From a virus, in the IMG/VR virus record IMGVR_UViG_3300020438_004435: DNA of 64,000 nucleotides. The stretch is one strand, 5' to 3'. The notes under the pieces are model-generated. The model had not been told where the DNA came from, ran no database searches, and saw nothing but the letters and a program-made list of their open reading frames with translations. Position 1 is the stretch's first letter. Every line of letters begins with the position of its first letter. Position numbers and translations under genes: made by a program. Shown in pieces: positions 18,086-27,451 of the stretch.

Positions 18086-18284
18086 CAATTATACTTTTAT
18101 CATCCATAACCTTTTGATCACATTCAGCTAATACCTGATCTATAATTCTTTTATGTTCTCTTGTAGGATCATACGACCCGCCATCTGTTAATGCATTCTG
18201 TAATGCTACTCTCACTGATATCTTTGAATATCTTGGATTCCATTTTGGAATCGGTTTACTTTTAGGTCTTCCTCTTTTAGCCAT
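18078..18284 (-). CDS. hypothetical protein with AT-hook-like N-terminus
   Basis: KRGRPKSK. Confidence 0.6.
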   Translation of the reverse strand: MAKRGRPKSKPIPKWNPRYSKISVRVALQNALTDGGSYDPTREHKRIIDQVLAECDQKVMDDKSIIDE

Positions 18285-18600
18285 TTATTTTCTCTTTAAT
18301 TTTTACTAGTTCTGAACACTTCTCATACTCTTCTGTCTCTACATAAAAATCAATCATTGAATCGATTAAATCATTACCATTAACATCATTATGCAAGTGT
18401 GGAAATTTTGGATTATAATCATCTGACATAGGGTTAAATAATAACGCTGTATCATTATGCTGATCTATACTACCTGGTTGCATAGATACTTTATCCATTA
18501 AACTATCCCATGTAGCTTTACCAGTTAGGATCTTATATGTATTCTCCATTGCGGATCTTAACATACGCTGATCATTTTCCATCTCTTCTATTTCATCCAT
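18277..18600 (-). CDS. small protein with C-terminal UVR-like motif
   Basis: MIDFYVETEEYEKCSELVKIKEK. Confidence 0.65.
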   Translation of the reverse strand: MDEIEEMENDQRMLRSAMENTYKILTGKATWDSLMDKVSMQPGSIDQHNDTALLFNPMSDDYNPKFPHLHNDVNGNDLIDSMIDFYVETEEYEKCSELVKIKEKING

Positions 18601-19107
18601 TTATTTAATTTTTAATTTTTTATTATTAATTTTAAGATATGTATCAACATTCATACCTTGATCTTTTATTATATGATAATATAATGACTCTGTAGTATCA
18701 TCCCAAGTATCCATTATATCTCTTACATAATCCTTTTGCACATCAAACTCATTACACAAATCTTCTACTAATGTATTAAGGTGCCTCAATTCCATTTCAT
18801 GAGCATCCTCCATAAGTCTATTATATCTCTTAATATACTTTCTTCCTATATCATGATATAATGAATCGCCCATATAATCTCTACCTTGATACTTTGATAC
18901 AAATTCCTTCTGATCATCTTCCATCCATTTCAATTCCCATTTAGCATGTTCGAATAAAGCTGGATATTCAAAATCGCCATTCTTTATCCTAGCTAATAAT
19001 CCCCTACGAGTTGGAAGATATTTATGAGGCCTAAACCTACGCCACCATGTAAATCTTGATCTATTCCTACCTGTAGGCTTTGCTGGTATCTTATTTATAT
19101 TTGCCAT
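18601..19107 (-). CDS. hypothetical protein
   Basis: ORF track. Confidence 0.7.
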   Translation of the reverse strand: MANINKIPAKPTGRNRSRFTWWRRFRPHKYLPTRRGLLARIKNGDFEYPALFEHAKWELKWMEDDQKEFVSKYQGRDYMGDSLYHDIGRKYIKRYNRLMEDAHEMELRHLNTLVEDLCNEFDVQKDYVRDIMDTWDDTTESLYYHIIKDQGMNVDTYLKINNKKLKIK

Positions 19108-19636
19108 TCAAAAATTCTTTTTGATTATCAATAGCTTTATCTAATTCATTAACCTCATCATTTGATAAACCTAATACTTCTTCCTTTGTACTCTTAACCA
19201 TTAGATCATCCATCTTAATACTTGAATCCCAATCCTGATAATTAGTCTCCTTGAGACCTGAAAAATTATCTACTACTTCACCATCTAACATACTAGGTCC
19301 ATTCATCCAAGCTTCATCTTCATGAGGTCTAGGTACTGTAGGTAGACGAGGCTTATCCGATCTCTCTGCAAGACCATATGTATCGGTACCATCATAATAA
19401 AAATTTGTATCTCTATAAAATACAGGCCCGAAATATTCCTCTTCCGTTGTACTAACTACTGGCTGCCTATGAGCTGTCGTATGCTTTATAATTTTTCTTC
19501 TGCCTTTCCAAGATCTAAAGGTTCCAGGCAATGCTCTATGCCATACCATCTTATCCTCACTTGTCTTGAAAAGTATAAACAGAGCATCTCCAACAAACGG
19601 CTCCCATAACTTTTCTTTGCGATTATCATCACTCAT
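19091..19636 (-). CDS. hypothetical protein
   Basis: ORF track; promoter motif at 19658-19688. Confidence 0.7.
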   Translation of the reverse strand: MSDDNRKEKLWEPFVGDALFILFKTSEDKMVWHRALPGTFRSWKGRRKIIKHTTAHRQPVVSTTEEEYFGPVFYRDTNFYYDGTDTYGLAERSDKPRLPTVPRPHEDEAWMNGPSMLDGEVVDNFSGLKETNYQDWDSSIKMDDLMVKSTKEEVLGLSNDEVNELDKAIDNQKEFLNGKYK

Positions 19637-19689
19637 ACGATTAATTTTATTATTACTTTAATATACAAAAAATATTTGACATATCCAAA

Positions 19690-19848
19690 TTATTTAGATC
19701 TTTTATTATCTCTTGGATCACCTATTTTTGATTTGGCAGAAGCCCATGCAGATCTCTCTGCAGCAGTTAATGATTCATACCAAGCTTGCCATTCACCACC
19801 TTTAATGGTTTGAGCCTTAGCCCAAATTCTTTTTTCTAAATCATTCAT
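19690..19848 (-). CDS. small protein (52 aa)
   Basis: Start reassigned to MNDLEKRIWAK, overlapping the upstream stop. Confidence 0.6.
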   Translation of the reverse strand: MNDLEKRIWAKAQTIKGGEWQAWYESLTAAERSAWASAKSKIGDPRDNKRSK

Positions 19849-20069
19849 TATACTATTTCTCTTTCCATCATTATTCGATCTCTCGATTTGATACGATCTA
19901 ATTTCCATTGGGCACCTGATAATGATGGTGCACCAACAGTACCACGCATGACTACATCCAATCCTAGATCTCTTGTCCAACTGACCATCCATAGGAATGA
20001 TTTCCTACGCTCTATCACATACTGAACCTTATCAGTTAAATGATTTACTTCTCTTACAATTCTATACAT
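19848..20069 (-). CDS. hypothetical protein
   Basis: ORF track; GGAG upstream. Confidence 0.65.
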   Translation of the reverse strand: MYRIVREVNHLTDKVQYVIERRKSFLWMVSWTRDLGLDVVMRGTVGAPSLSGAQWKLDRIKSRDRIMMEREIV

Positions 20070-20070
20070 A

Positions 20071-20454
20071 TTATTCTCCTTTTTTTATATAACTATACCA
20101 CCACCCGGCTATTCCCATTATTGTTATAATGGAACCAAATGTATATACCAAAACCCATGGTGTCTTCTCTGCACCAAATAATATAGCTGGTGTTCCCATT
20201 ATGAGTAGCCATAATATGAATATCAATCCTACATTGGTTTCTAATTTCCTTTCAACCTTTACGGTTCTTTCTGTATGCATTAATCTAGCTAATGCTCCTT
20301 GCATATCTTTACCATATGCTGGTTGTGTATGAACAGTACCATCTAACTCAGCGATGGTAACCATATACTTACAGTACCCTGGATTAGCTTTGCTCCTTGA
20401 TACCAACTTACAATCAATAGCCCTACGTCTATTGTATTTACTTTTCTTTACCAT
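20071..20454 (-). CDS. hypothetical protein with two C-terminal TM helices
   Basis: ORF track. Confidence 0.7.
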   Translation of the reverse strand: MVKKSKYNRRRAIDCKLVSRSKANPGYCKYMVTIAELDGTVHTQPAYGKDMQGALARLMHTERTVKVERKLETNVGLIFILWLLIMGTPAILFGAEKTPWVLVYTFGSIITIMGIAGWWYSYIKKGE

Positions 20455-20569
20455 AATTTTTTATTCTATATAATACATAACCTAATACTGGTGTGCCATA
20501 TAACATTGTTAACAAACTAGGATGAGGCTCACCACATAATCCTGTTGCATGTTTCAAAAATTCTATCAT
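20438..20569 (-). CDS. small protein (43 aa)
   Basis: Hand-translated MIEFLKHATGLCGEPHPSLLTMLYGTPVLGYVLYRIKNYGKEK*. Confidence 0.65.
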   Translation of the reverse strand: MIEFLKHATGLCGEPHPSLLTMLYGTPVLGYVLYRIKNYGKEK

Positions 20570-20712
20570 TTGTTCTTCTTATCAAATTTATTCATATTAT
20601 CCATTAACTCCTTATTCTGATCAAAGCTAGATCCTAATGCATAACCTATTATTGAGATTAATGCTATTGAGGTACAAGCCACGACGAATACTATTCCTAT
20701 TATCTGTATCAT
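20566..20712 (-). CDS. small membrane protein (48 aa)
   Basis: Hand-translated MIQIIGIVFVVACTSIALISIIGYALGSSFDQN...; ATGA overlap with the next gene. Confidence 0.6.
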   Translation of the reverse strand: MIQIIGIVFVVACTSIALISIIGYALGSSFDQNKELMDNMNKFDKKNK

Positions 20713-20751
20713 ATTATTTTCCTTTATTCATATTAATTACTTTACTCTTTT

Positions 20752-20828
20752 GTGCGGAATCCCCGATAGCCGTTCGCGCCACACTCGACAACCGTAAGCG
20801 CCGGCAAGCCGACGTCAACCATTGGGGC
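20752..20828 (-). ncRNA. GC-rich candidate structured RNA element
   Basis: About 66% GC over 68 nt; closing stem CCCCAAUGGUUG/CGGCUAUCGGGG and hairpin CGUCGG-CUUG-CCGGCG. Confidence 0.4.
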
Positions 20829-21449
20829 TTATATATTTGTATACTTACCATCTAATGTTTTCATACTACTTTCATCTCGATTCTTGAGCCTATATTTCCT
20901 ATATGTATTATTAAGATAATGCATCATATCATTATCAATGAAATACATATCCCTAGCTAATTGTTGTTTAATATATGTGTGATTCTCTGGCTCTAACATA
21001 GAAGCTATATTAGATAGATTTCTTGCTGCAATATCATACGAGGTTTTAGATGTAAGAGGATCACCTGAATTAACATACCTGTATACTCTATTATAACATT
21101 TAATTAATTTGGGCATTACTGTATTAAATTTATATAGATGATCTTTCATAGGTATAGCATGACCTGAAAACTCTCTAAGATCTAAATCACCATTAACTAA
21201 AACATCTGTATAACGAGGATCTTCAGATAGAGGCTTATCAACCAACCTACCTTCATATTCATAAGACTTAGATATATACGTTGCGTTAGTAGTATCAAAC
21301 CAATACTGTCTACGAATAGTACTTGCATCTGATAATAAAATATCATGATCAATATCTAGATACTGTAAATCATCATTCATATGATACATTGAGATGTGAG
21401 GACCTATAGCCCAGCGACCACTCATATTATGAAAGTAAGCATCTCCCAT
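20829..21449 (-). CDS. hypothetical protein
   Basis: ORF track. Confidence 0.7.
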   Translation of the reverse strand: MGDAYFHNMSGRWAIGPHISMYHMNDDLQYLDIDHDILLSDASTIRRQYWFDTTNATYISKSYEYEGRLVDKPLSEDPRYTDVLVNGDLDLREFSGHAIPMKDHLYKFNTVMPKLIKCYNRVYRYVNSGDPLTSKTSYDIAARNLSNIASMLEPENHTYIKQQLARDMYFIDNDMMHYLNNTYRKYRLKNRDESSMKTLDGKYTNI

Positions 21450-21450
21450 A

Positions 21451-21702
21451 CTATTGTGCTCCAGAGTCCTTTACAAGATTAGAAGCCCATCCAACTTTCT
21501 TATCCATCTCCTTGAGCATTGCTGCTTGCTTAGGATCCTTAATAATCTCGGTCTCCATATACTCTGTCTTACCAGATACTATATTCCTTAAATACCACTG
21601 GCTCGTAGTCGAGCATGCTACACAAGTAGTAGCATCAGGTATAGCTTTTATTCTACCCTCTTGGATAGGTCCTTGACATTTGTTACAATTTCTCATATTC
21701 AT
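21451..21702 (-). CDS. TraR/DksA C4-type zinc-finger protein
   Basis: CNKCQGPIQEGRIKAIPDATTCVAC matches CxxCGxxIxxxRLxAxPxxxxCxxC. Confidence 0.8.
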   Translation of the reverse strand: MNMRNCNKCQGPIQEGRIKAIPDATTCVACSTTSQWYLRNIVSGKTEYMETEIIKDPKQAAMLKEMDKKVGWASNLVKDSGAQ

Positions 21703-21873
21703 TCTTATTAATTATTTTTATATACATTATACGTTTAACGTAGAGCTATGTATGAACCCCCTATAGCAAAAAAAATGAGCTCGCTATAAAAAGCACTGTG
21801 TGGCCGATTAAATCAAAAAAGTGCCTATAGGCTATTTTATTCCTGTTCATAACTTTATGCTATTGTTCGTAAA

Positions 21874-22134
21874 TTATTGATTGTTCATTTCTTTCTTCAT
21901 TAGGTGTTCATTTCTATAGAAAACACTGCCTATAGCATGATTTGTATAGAAAACACGCATGTCTATGCCTATATACCGTAGTATACCATAGACTATAGCC
22001 ATATATACAGAGGTAGGTCGTGTAGGGGAGAAGAACTCTCCCCCTTGACCATTGATACGAGTGCTAACGTCATATCGGATACCTATTGTGTTGTATATAT
22101 ACGTGTCTGTCATATATCTATTGTTTCCATTCAT
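21874..22134 (-). CDS. doubtful ORF in a CTATAG-rich region
   Basis: Overlaps repetitive low-complexity DNA. Confidence 0.3.
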   Translation of the reverse strand: MNGNNRYMTDTYIYNTIGIRYDVSTRINGQGGEFFSPTRPTSVYMAIVYGILRYIGIDMRVFYTNHAIGSVFYRNEHLMKKEMNNQ

Positions 22135-23304
22135 TTAGCTGGCTTTTGTGTACTCCATTGAATCATCATTTTCTTCCACATTGAATAGATCCTCTTCTGT
22201 ACCATCATCACAGAACTTCTGTACGATTTGCTTAACGAATGTTCTTTCACTATCTATCCCACCGTCATTACTATACTGTGGATACATCGTTATCTCAGCG
22301 GCTTCTTCCAACTTAAATCCATCGAATAATAAGCCCGCTACTTCAACCGATGTTCTTGTGCTCACAGGTGATGACAATCGAGATTCTTCTTTATTACATT
22401 CCTGTCTTGTCATTGCCGTGATCTGAGCCACATTATCTAATGCCTTCTTATTAACCAGCGGAAACATGTATTGTAATAGATCACTCTCTTCCGTTGAAGA
22501 TAATAGATCCATTTCAATGATTGTGAACCTATCCATCAAGGCTTTATCCATTGTACGTGTAGATGTGTATTCATTCCCTATATTAGCCGTAGCTATGAAT
22601 GTAACACCATCAGCTACCTTGATTGTAGCTTGATCTTCCGCTTCATCTAATCTTAAGTATCTTTGACCACTATCTAATACAGTCATTAGTATATTCCAGG
22701 CATCGGGGTGTGCTCTAGATAACTCATCTAGCAATATTACAGCATTCTCTTGTTGTATAGCCTTTACAAACAGAGCTTCAGAGAAAGACGTTCCCGTCTC
22801 CTTATCAAATGTAACATTACCTATTAAGGTAGCCCTTGGATCTTGTGTAGCTCCAAGATTGAAATAATAATCAGGTCTATCTAAAGCATTGACTAATGCC
22901 TTCGCAGCCATGGTCTTACCACAACCAGCTGGTCCTGTCATCATTATATTCTTACCTCTCACCCCTGAGCGAATAAGATACTTCCATTTTAACTCATTCA
23001 TTTTCAAGCCTTTAGGCTTAAGATCATAACTACTATGAATCATATTCATAACAGCTAAATGTTCTTCTGGCATTTCTGAATCTGGTGTAGGCGTAGCCAC
23101 CTTATTAGCTTCAGCTTCATATTCCTTCATAGGAACCTGCTTCCACTTACCACCATCAAACCATAACGCATTACCGTTGTTTAATACTTTAGCCTTCATT
23201 TGGCTATACAATGTTCCTGGTACCTTTGTTACTACGTTACCATTAACATCCTTTACTATCGACTTTGTTGTCGAGAATTTTTCTACCTTGTAATATCCGA
23301 TCAT
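22135..23304 (-). CDS. MoxR-family AAA+ ATPase (CbbQ/NirQ/CobS-like)
   Basis: Walker A GPAGCGKT, Walker B ILLDELSRA, ATAN, ALMDRF. Confidence 0.9.
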   Translation of the reverse strand: MIGYYKVEKFSTTKSIVKDVNGNVVTKVPGTLYSQMKAKVLNNGNALWFDGGKWKQVPMKEYEAEANKVATPTPDSEMPEEHLAVMNMIHSSYDLKPKGLKMNELKWKYLIRSGVRGKNIMMTGPAGCGKTMAAKALVNALDRPDYYFNLGATQDPRATLIGNVTFDKETGTSFSEALFVKAIQQENAVILLDELSRAHPDAWNILMTVLDSGQRYLRLDEAEDQATIKVADGVTFIATANIGNEYTSTRTMDKALMDRFTIIEMDLLSSTEESDLLQYMFPLVNKKALDNVAQITAMTRQECNKEESRLSSPVSTRTSVEVAGLLFDGFKLEEAAEITMYPQYSNDGGIDSERTFVKQIVQKFCDDGTEEDLFNVEENDDSMEYTKAS

Positions 23305-23355
23305 ATTTTAATTTTTAATTATTATTCGAGGTTAGCACTCTTAATTATTTATATA

Positions 23356-23421
23356 TAAATATACAAACTTTTTTGCGATTTTCCTACTCTTTTCTGAGTT
23401 ATTTTTTATAAGTTATGAACA
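23356..23421 (-). promoter_or_regulatory. promoter for the MoxR gene with AAGTTATGAACA box
   Basis: TATATTTA -7 box; box at 23410-23421. Confidence 0.55.
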
Positions 23422-23864
23422 GCTGAATTAGATAAATCAGCCTCTGTGCAGAAACTATAATCATGTTTCTCCCAATCAAACCCGACCATCATAAATCGTG
23501 TTCTAGGAACAATGCCTTTGAAGCATAAGTAACTATACTCTTCATGAAGCATCCAGTTAGCCATATTATCAAGATGATTCAGGGCTCCCTGTAATACATC
23601 ATCTAGTTCATATCCATCACCATAGCCCACGCCTTCGATAGCCATACCTATATCTCTTAAATGTTTCTCACCAATAGCTTCTAATTTCACATCATGGTCT
23701 CCATCTTCGTTCATAGCTTTATCATAATTCTCAGATAAGGCTTGTCCCATGTTACTCTTCATAGCATGTGCCACTTCATCATTGTGTTGATACATCTCTT
23801 TCGAGAATGGCTTAGTAATTTTAATTCCGTATTTTGTTTCTAGTTCTTTAGGCATGTTAATCAT
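23406..23864 (-). CDS. hypothetical protein
   Basis: ORF track. Confidence 0.7.
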   Translation of the reverse strand: MINMPKELETKYGIKITKPFSKEMYQHNDEVAHAMKSNMGQALSENYDKAMNEDGDHDVKLEAIGEKHLRDIGMAIEGVGYGDGYELDDVLQGALNHLDNMANWMLHEEYSYLCFKGIVPRTRFMMVGFDWEKHDYSFCTEADLSNSAVHNL

Positions 23865-23881
23865 CTTTATTATTTATAATA

Positions 23882-24012
23882 TAAAGATACGAAAAATATA
23901 TGACTTATCCTACTAAAAAGGCATTTATTTTCAAAAAACTTTTAGAAAGTTATGAACAATAGGATTGCTCGGAAATAATCATAACTAAAAAAAGTTATGA
24001 AAAGTTATGAAC
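23882..24012 (-). promoter_or_regulatory. promoter plus cluster of three AAGTTATGAA(CA) boxes
   Basis: TATCTTTA -7 box; boxes at 23947-23958, 23992-24001 and 24002-24012. Confidence 0.6.
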
Positions 24013-24029
24013 TTTTAACTAGTTGATAA

Positions 24030-24545
24030 TCAAAGGTCTAACCCTGTATTACGACCAGTGACATTACCCACCATAAGGTAGTAACAATTATAACATAGGA
24101 GTCTGAGATTGTCAACATAATGGTTGGTACGATCACCATCAATATGCTCTATTAATAATGGGACCGTATAGTCGGTAACCCTACGTTCACAGAAGCCACA
24201 GTTGTCACACTTTTCTTCTAGGATAGCATTGGTGATGATCCGCTTCTTCAGATTAGATATAGGATACTCAGGATACTGACCTTCCAATATATCTTCCAAC
24301 GCATACTTGCCTTTCTTAATATTATATGGCTTACGAATCCCAGTCCCAGCTTGATTCTTATGCAATTCAAATAGGGATTGTCCAGTCTCATCATCCTTAT
24401 AAAGTTTTGCATACTTCTTATAGGTAGGATACGATACACGAAGGAACCTAGCCGCCTCCGCATTGGATTTACTATTCTCCATTGCGTAGAGCACCTTGCT
24501 CTTTAATAAATTGATAGGCTCTCTGCCTTTTCCGAATTGTCCCAT
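24030..24545 (-). CDS. HNH endonuclease-family protein with N-terminal HTH-like region
   Basis: CDNCG...EHIDGDRTNHYVDNLRLLCYNC. Confidence 0.8.
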   Translation of the reverse strand: MGQFGKGREPINLLKSKVLYAMENSKSNAEAARFLRVSYPTYKKYAKLYKDDETGQSLFELHKNQAGTGIRKPYNIKKGKYALEDILEGQYPEYPISNLKKRIITNAILEEKCDNCGFCERRVTDYTVPLLIEHIDGDRTNHYVDNLRLLCYNCYYLMVGNVTGRNTGLDL

Positions 24546-24811
24546 AAAAAAATTCCTCTATAAAAATTTGTTTTTCTCACATAAAATACACACGCATAGG
24601 TTGATTATATTTCAATACATGTTATATGTCTATGTTATATTATACTATGTAAATAAATATATAAATCATTAAAAAAGACATAGATCTAGAACACTGTTAT
24701 TTATTCTTATAATCTGTAAGAGTATGCAATTTATAGGCTCGGACACGCACATACCTGAGGTCTAATAGGAGATAACATTCGCGGGCCAATGATACCTTAC
24801 ACAGCTTACCC

Positions 24812-25582
24812 CTAGAATTTATAACCAAACCGATCTATATCATCTCTATATAACACCCGTACTATCTCTACTTCTTCTTCAGAATACATGTCTCTATAAT
24901 GAATATCAACCATATCTTTATTGATAAGACTTACATTATATTTATTACGTTTATTCTTATGACCTAACCTACCATTAGATTCATATCCTATACTCCTATA
25001 CACGTTCAGCATATCCGTATCAAGATTCTCGTATCTGACAATATGATAATTCTGTTCATGTTTATTATTACTACTATCTATCCACTTACATTGACTCTTC
25101 ATTGTATTATATAAAGCCGACTCATGTTCAATATCTTCCCTTTCAATATTCTTATATTCAGGTTGATTCTCTATATCTTTCAAAGATAGTTTAGGAATAA
25201 TCTTTTTATAATCCCAACTAATAGCTCGTCCATCTTCTATACGTCTTCCCTTCTCTGCAGCTCTTATTAATTTATCATATGCCTCTAGAAATTTTGAAAA
25301 CGCCCAACCTTCAGGAATTGTCTTTCCTAATTCATACCAATATATAGATACCATCCTATCCCATGGGTTTCGCACTACACAAAATTTATAATAATCTCCA
25401 TACTCGTTTTTGAGTAGCTTTCTCATGTGATTGTCATTTGCGTGTTTCCCATATGCTAAGGGAATATCTTTAGACTTAATTTCCGCAAATAACTCACACA
25501 TTCCTCTCAATTCATGATTGATAGATGATCCCGCATTCTTTGGAATATGGACGAATATAAATTTATGTTTATGTGATATCAT
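24812..25582 (-). CDS. sulfotransferase family protein
   Basis: PAPS-binding FVHIPKNAGSSI and VRNPWDRMVSIY. Confidence 0.85.
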   Translation of the reverse strand: MISHKHKFIFVHIPKNAGSSINHELRGMCELFAEIKSKDIPLAYGKHANDNHMRKLLKNEYGDYYKFCVVRNPWDRMVSIYWYELGKTIPEGWAFSKFLEAYDKLIRAAEKGRRIEDGRAISWDYKKIIPKLSLKDIENQPEYKNIEREDIEHESALYNTMKSQCKWIDSSNNKHEQNYHIVRYENLDTDMLNVYRSIGYESNGRLGHKNKRNKYNVSLINKDMVDIHYRDMYSEEEVEIVRVLYRDDIDRFGYKF

Positions 25583-25716
25583 TGCTTCTTCTTTACTCGT
25601 TTATTTCTCTTACTTGGATCTCTATTGAATTCTTCATAGGATTCTTTTTTCTTACGAATAATCTTTTCCTTATAAGGTCTATAATTATCCAATTCATCTC
25701 TTCTTATTTTAGGCAT
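25579..25716 (-). CDS. small basic protein (45 aa)
   Basis: Hand-translated MPKIRRDELDNYRPYKEKIIRKKK...; ATGA overlap. Confidence 0.55.
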   Translation of the reverse strand: MPKIRRDELDNYRPYKEKIIRKKKESYEEFNRDPSKRNKRVKKKQ

Positions 25717-25770
25717 ATTATTTAGGTAGTGTGTCTATAACTTGTAATTTTACCGGGCGTACGGTTTTCG

Positions 25771-26127
25771 TTATTCCGGCGTCTCGGTCATCTTTGTTTG
25801 GTGTCTGTATCCTACATAGTTCCATACACGATCTGCTTGGTGTTTGTAATCTACAAAGTATATTTTGAAATCTGCTTGGTGTGAGTATTTTGTATAATAT
25901 ATTCTTCCATTCCCAACCTCGTGAGAATACTTTACTAAATATACTAAATCATCTGCTTGATGTTTGTAGTCTGTAACATATATAGTCCAATCAGCTTGAT
26001 GTTTATATTGAGTAATATAAACCGTTTGACCATATGTAATTGTTATTGATAGTATTAATGATAATACTAAAATAATTCTTTTATAATTTCCCATATAATA
26101 AATCCAACTAGAAAGTATGTCAAACAT
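25771..26127 (-). CDS. secreted YKHQAD-repeat protein (DUF6150-like)
   Basis: Signal peptide then about 5 copies of hYhxxY(K/S)HQAD. Confidence 0.65.
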   Translation of the reverse strand: MFDILSSWIYYMGNYKRIILVLSLILSITITYGQTVYITQYKHQADWTIYVTDYKHQADDLVYLVKYSHEVGNGRIYYTKYSHQADFKIYFVDYKHQADRVWNYVGYRHQTKMTETPE

Positions 26128-26142
26128 TCAAATAATAATTTT

Positions 26143-26376
26143 TTAGTTGATGGTTTCATCGTTTCCTTTTAATATTCCTATAGCCTTTTCCATAGCTGCT
26201 ACTCTTGCTGCATTATCTTTAATGCCTTTAGCACTTTTACTTTTCTTTTGTAATTTACTATAAATGTTCATTACTTCATCAACATCCTTATTTCTTTTCA
26301 TCTTCTTTGATCCCCAAATGTAAAAGAATATCATTGTTGATATTACTCCTAATAAAAATCCAATAACATATTCCAT
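26143..26376 (-). CDS. membrane-anchored hypothetical protein
   Basis: N-terminal TM. Confidence 0.65.
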   Translation of the reverse strand: MEYVIGFLLGVISTMIFFYIWGSKKMKRNKDVDEVMNIYSKLQKKSKSAKGIKDNAARVAAMEKAIGILKGNDETIN

Positions 26377-26378
26377 AT

Positions 26379-26534
26379 CTATTTCTCTTTTAATTTTTCA
26401 TGATTGCAACAATTTGTTCCGCAGCAATCCTTATATTTTTCTTCGTATTTACGATTATATCTTCGATCAGTAGCCCATCTCCCCAATCCTGATAAGATTG
26501 ATACTATAAATAAAAGTATAAATAATTCTATCAT
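26379..26534 (-). CDS. small membrane protein with CCxxxCC tail (51 aa)
   Basis: Hand-translated MIELFILLFIVSILSGLGRW...DCCGTNCCNHEKLKEK*. Confidence 0.55.
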   Translation of the reverse strand: MIELFILLFIVSILSGLGRWATDRRYNRKYEEKYKDCCGTNCCNHEKLKEK

Positions 26535-26535
26535 A

Positions 26536-26988
26536 TTATTCCTCTAACCATTCTATTGTACTATCATCTATATCACCATCACTATTAGTATCTAATACCT
26601 CATACCAATGTTTCATATATGCATTGATACTATCTTCTTCTCTTTGCATTTCAATAGTATCATAATATATACAATCCGGTTCTTTTGATAACATTTCCTC
26701 TTTAGTCAGTTCTCCTTGTGTTGTGCCCGTCCAATCCGTATCATTTTTATCTAGTACCATATAATTTGATAAGTGATTAGCTGGTCTAGGATCATTGGAT
26801 ATGCCTTCTGATATCTCTTTACTAAATATACATGAAATATCTATAAATGTTATTAACATAACCATAATTATTCCACCAAATGACCAAAATGCTAATTTAT
26901 ATGAGCTTTCTATTTGATCCTTTCTTTTACCTTGCCAATTATTTTTATTCTTCATCATCTTCATTTCCTTGTGGTACTGTATGGTCAT
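26536..26988 (-). CDS. membrane-anchored hypothetical protein
   Basis: TM; C-terminal DTNSDGDID loop is EF-hand-like. Confidence 0.6.
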   Translation of the reverse strand: MTIQYHKEMKMMKNKNNWQGKRKDQIESSYKLAFWSFGGIIMVMLITFIDISCIFSKEISEGISNDPRPANHLSNYMVLDKNDTDWTGTTQGELTKEEMLSKEPDCIYYDTIEMQREEDSINAYMKHWYEVLDTNSDGDIDDSTIEWLEE

Positions 26989-27451
26989 GTTCTATACCAT
27001 TTATTACCTTTCTATTTCTTAATTTTGGTCCATTATATACTTTTTTACCTGTTACTGGATCTACCGATATTAAGGGTTTTGATTCCTTCTTCTCTTCAGT
27101 AACTTGTTTGGATGCTGGTGCATCCTTTTTTAATGCTTGTACTACTGCAGCAGGAGGCAATTCAATTTTAGGAGATGGTGTTGGATTTAATGATCCTCCT
27201 TGACCTAATTGTATTTTTTCAGTGTATTGTTCACGAGTATCAGTTGAATTAAATCTATTGTTGCCATAAACATTATTATTATCCGTTTTGTTAAGAGCTT
27301 CAAATACTGCCTTCTTTGATTCCAATTTCATCATTTGCTGTAATAATTTCATATCTCCAGCTTCTATTTGTGCACCATATTCATTCATAAATGATTCATA
27401 TTCAATGACAATCTTATCATATTCCTCTTGCTTTGCTTTATCCAAATCCAT
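26945..27451 (-). CDS. hypothetical protein
   Basis: ORF track. Confidence 0.65.
   Translation of the reverse strand: MDLDKAKQEEYDKIVIEYESFMNEYGAQIEAGDMKLLQQMMKLESKKAVFEALNKTDNNNVYGNNRFNSTDTREQYTEKIQLGQGGSLNPTPSPKIELPPAAVVQALKKDAPASKQVTEEKKESKPLISVDPVTGKKVYNGPKLRNRKVINGIEHDHTVPQGNEDDEE

Noticed and set aside
19849-19992. N-terminal half of ORF 19690..19992
   Set aside because: Overlaps gene 19848..20069 in another frame; the ATG at 19848 gives a normal coupled start
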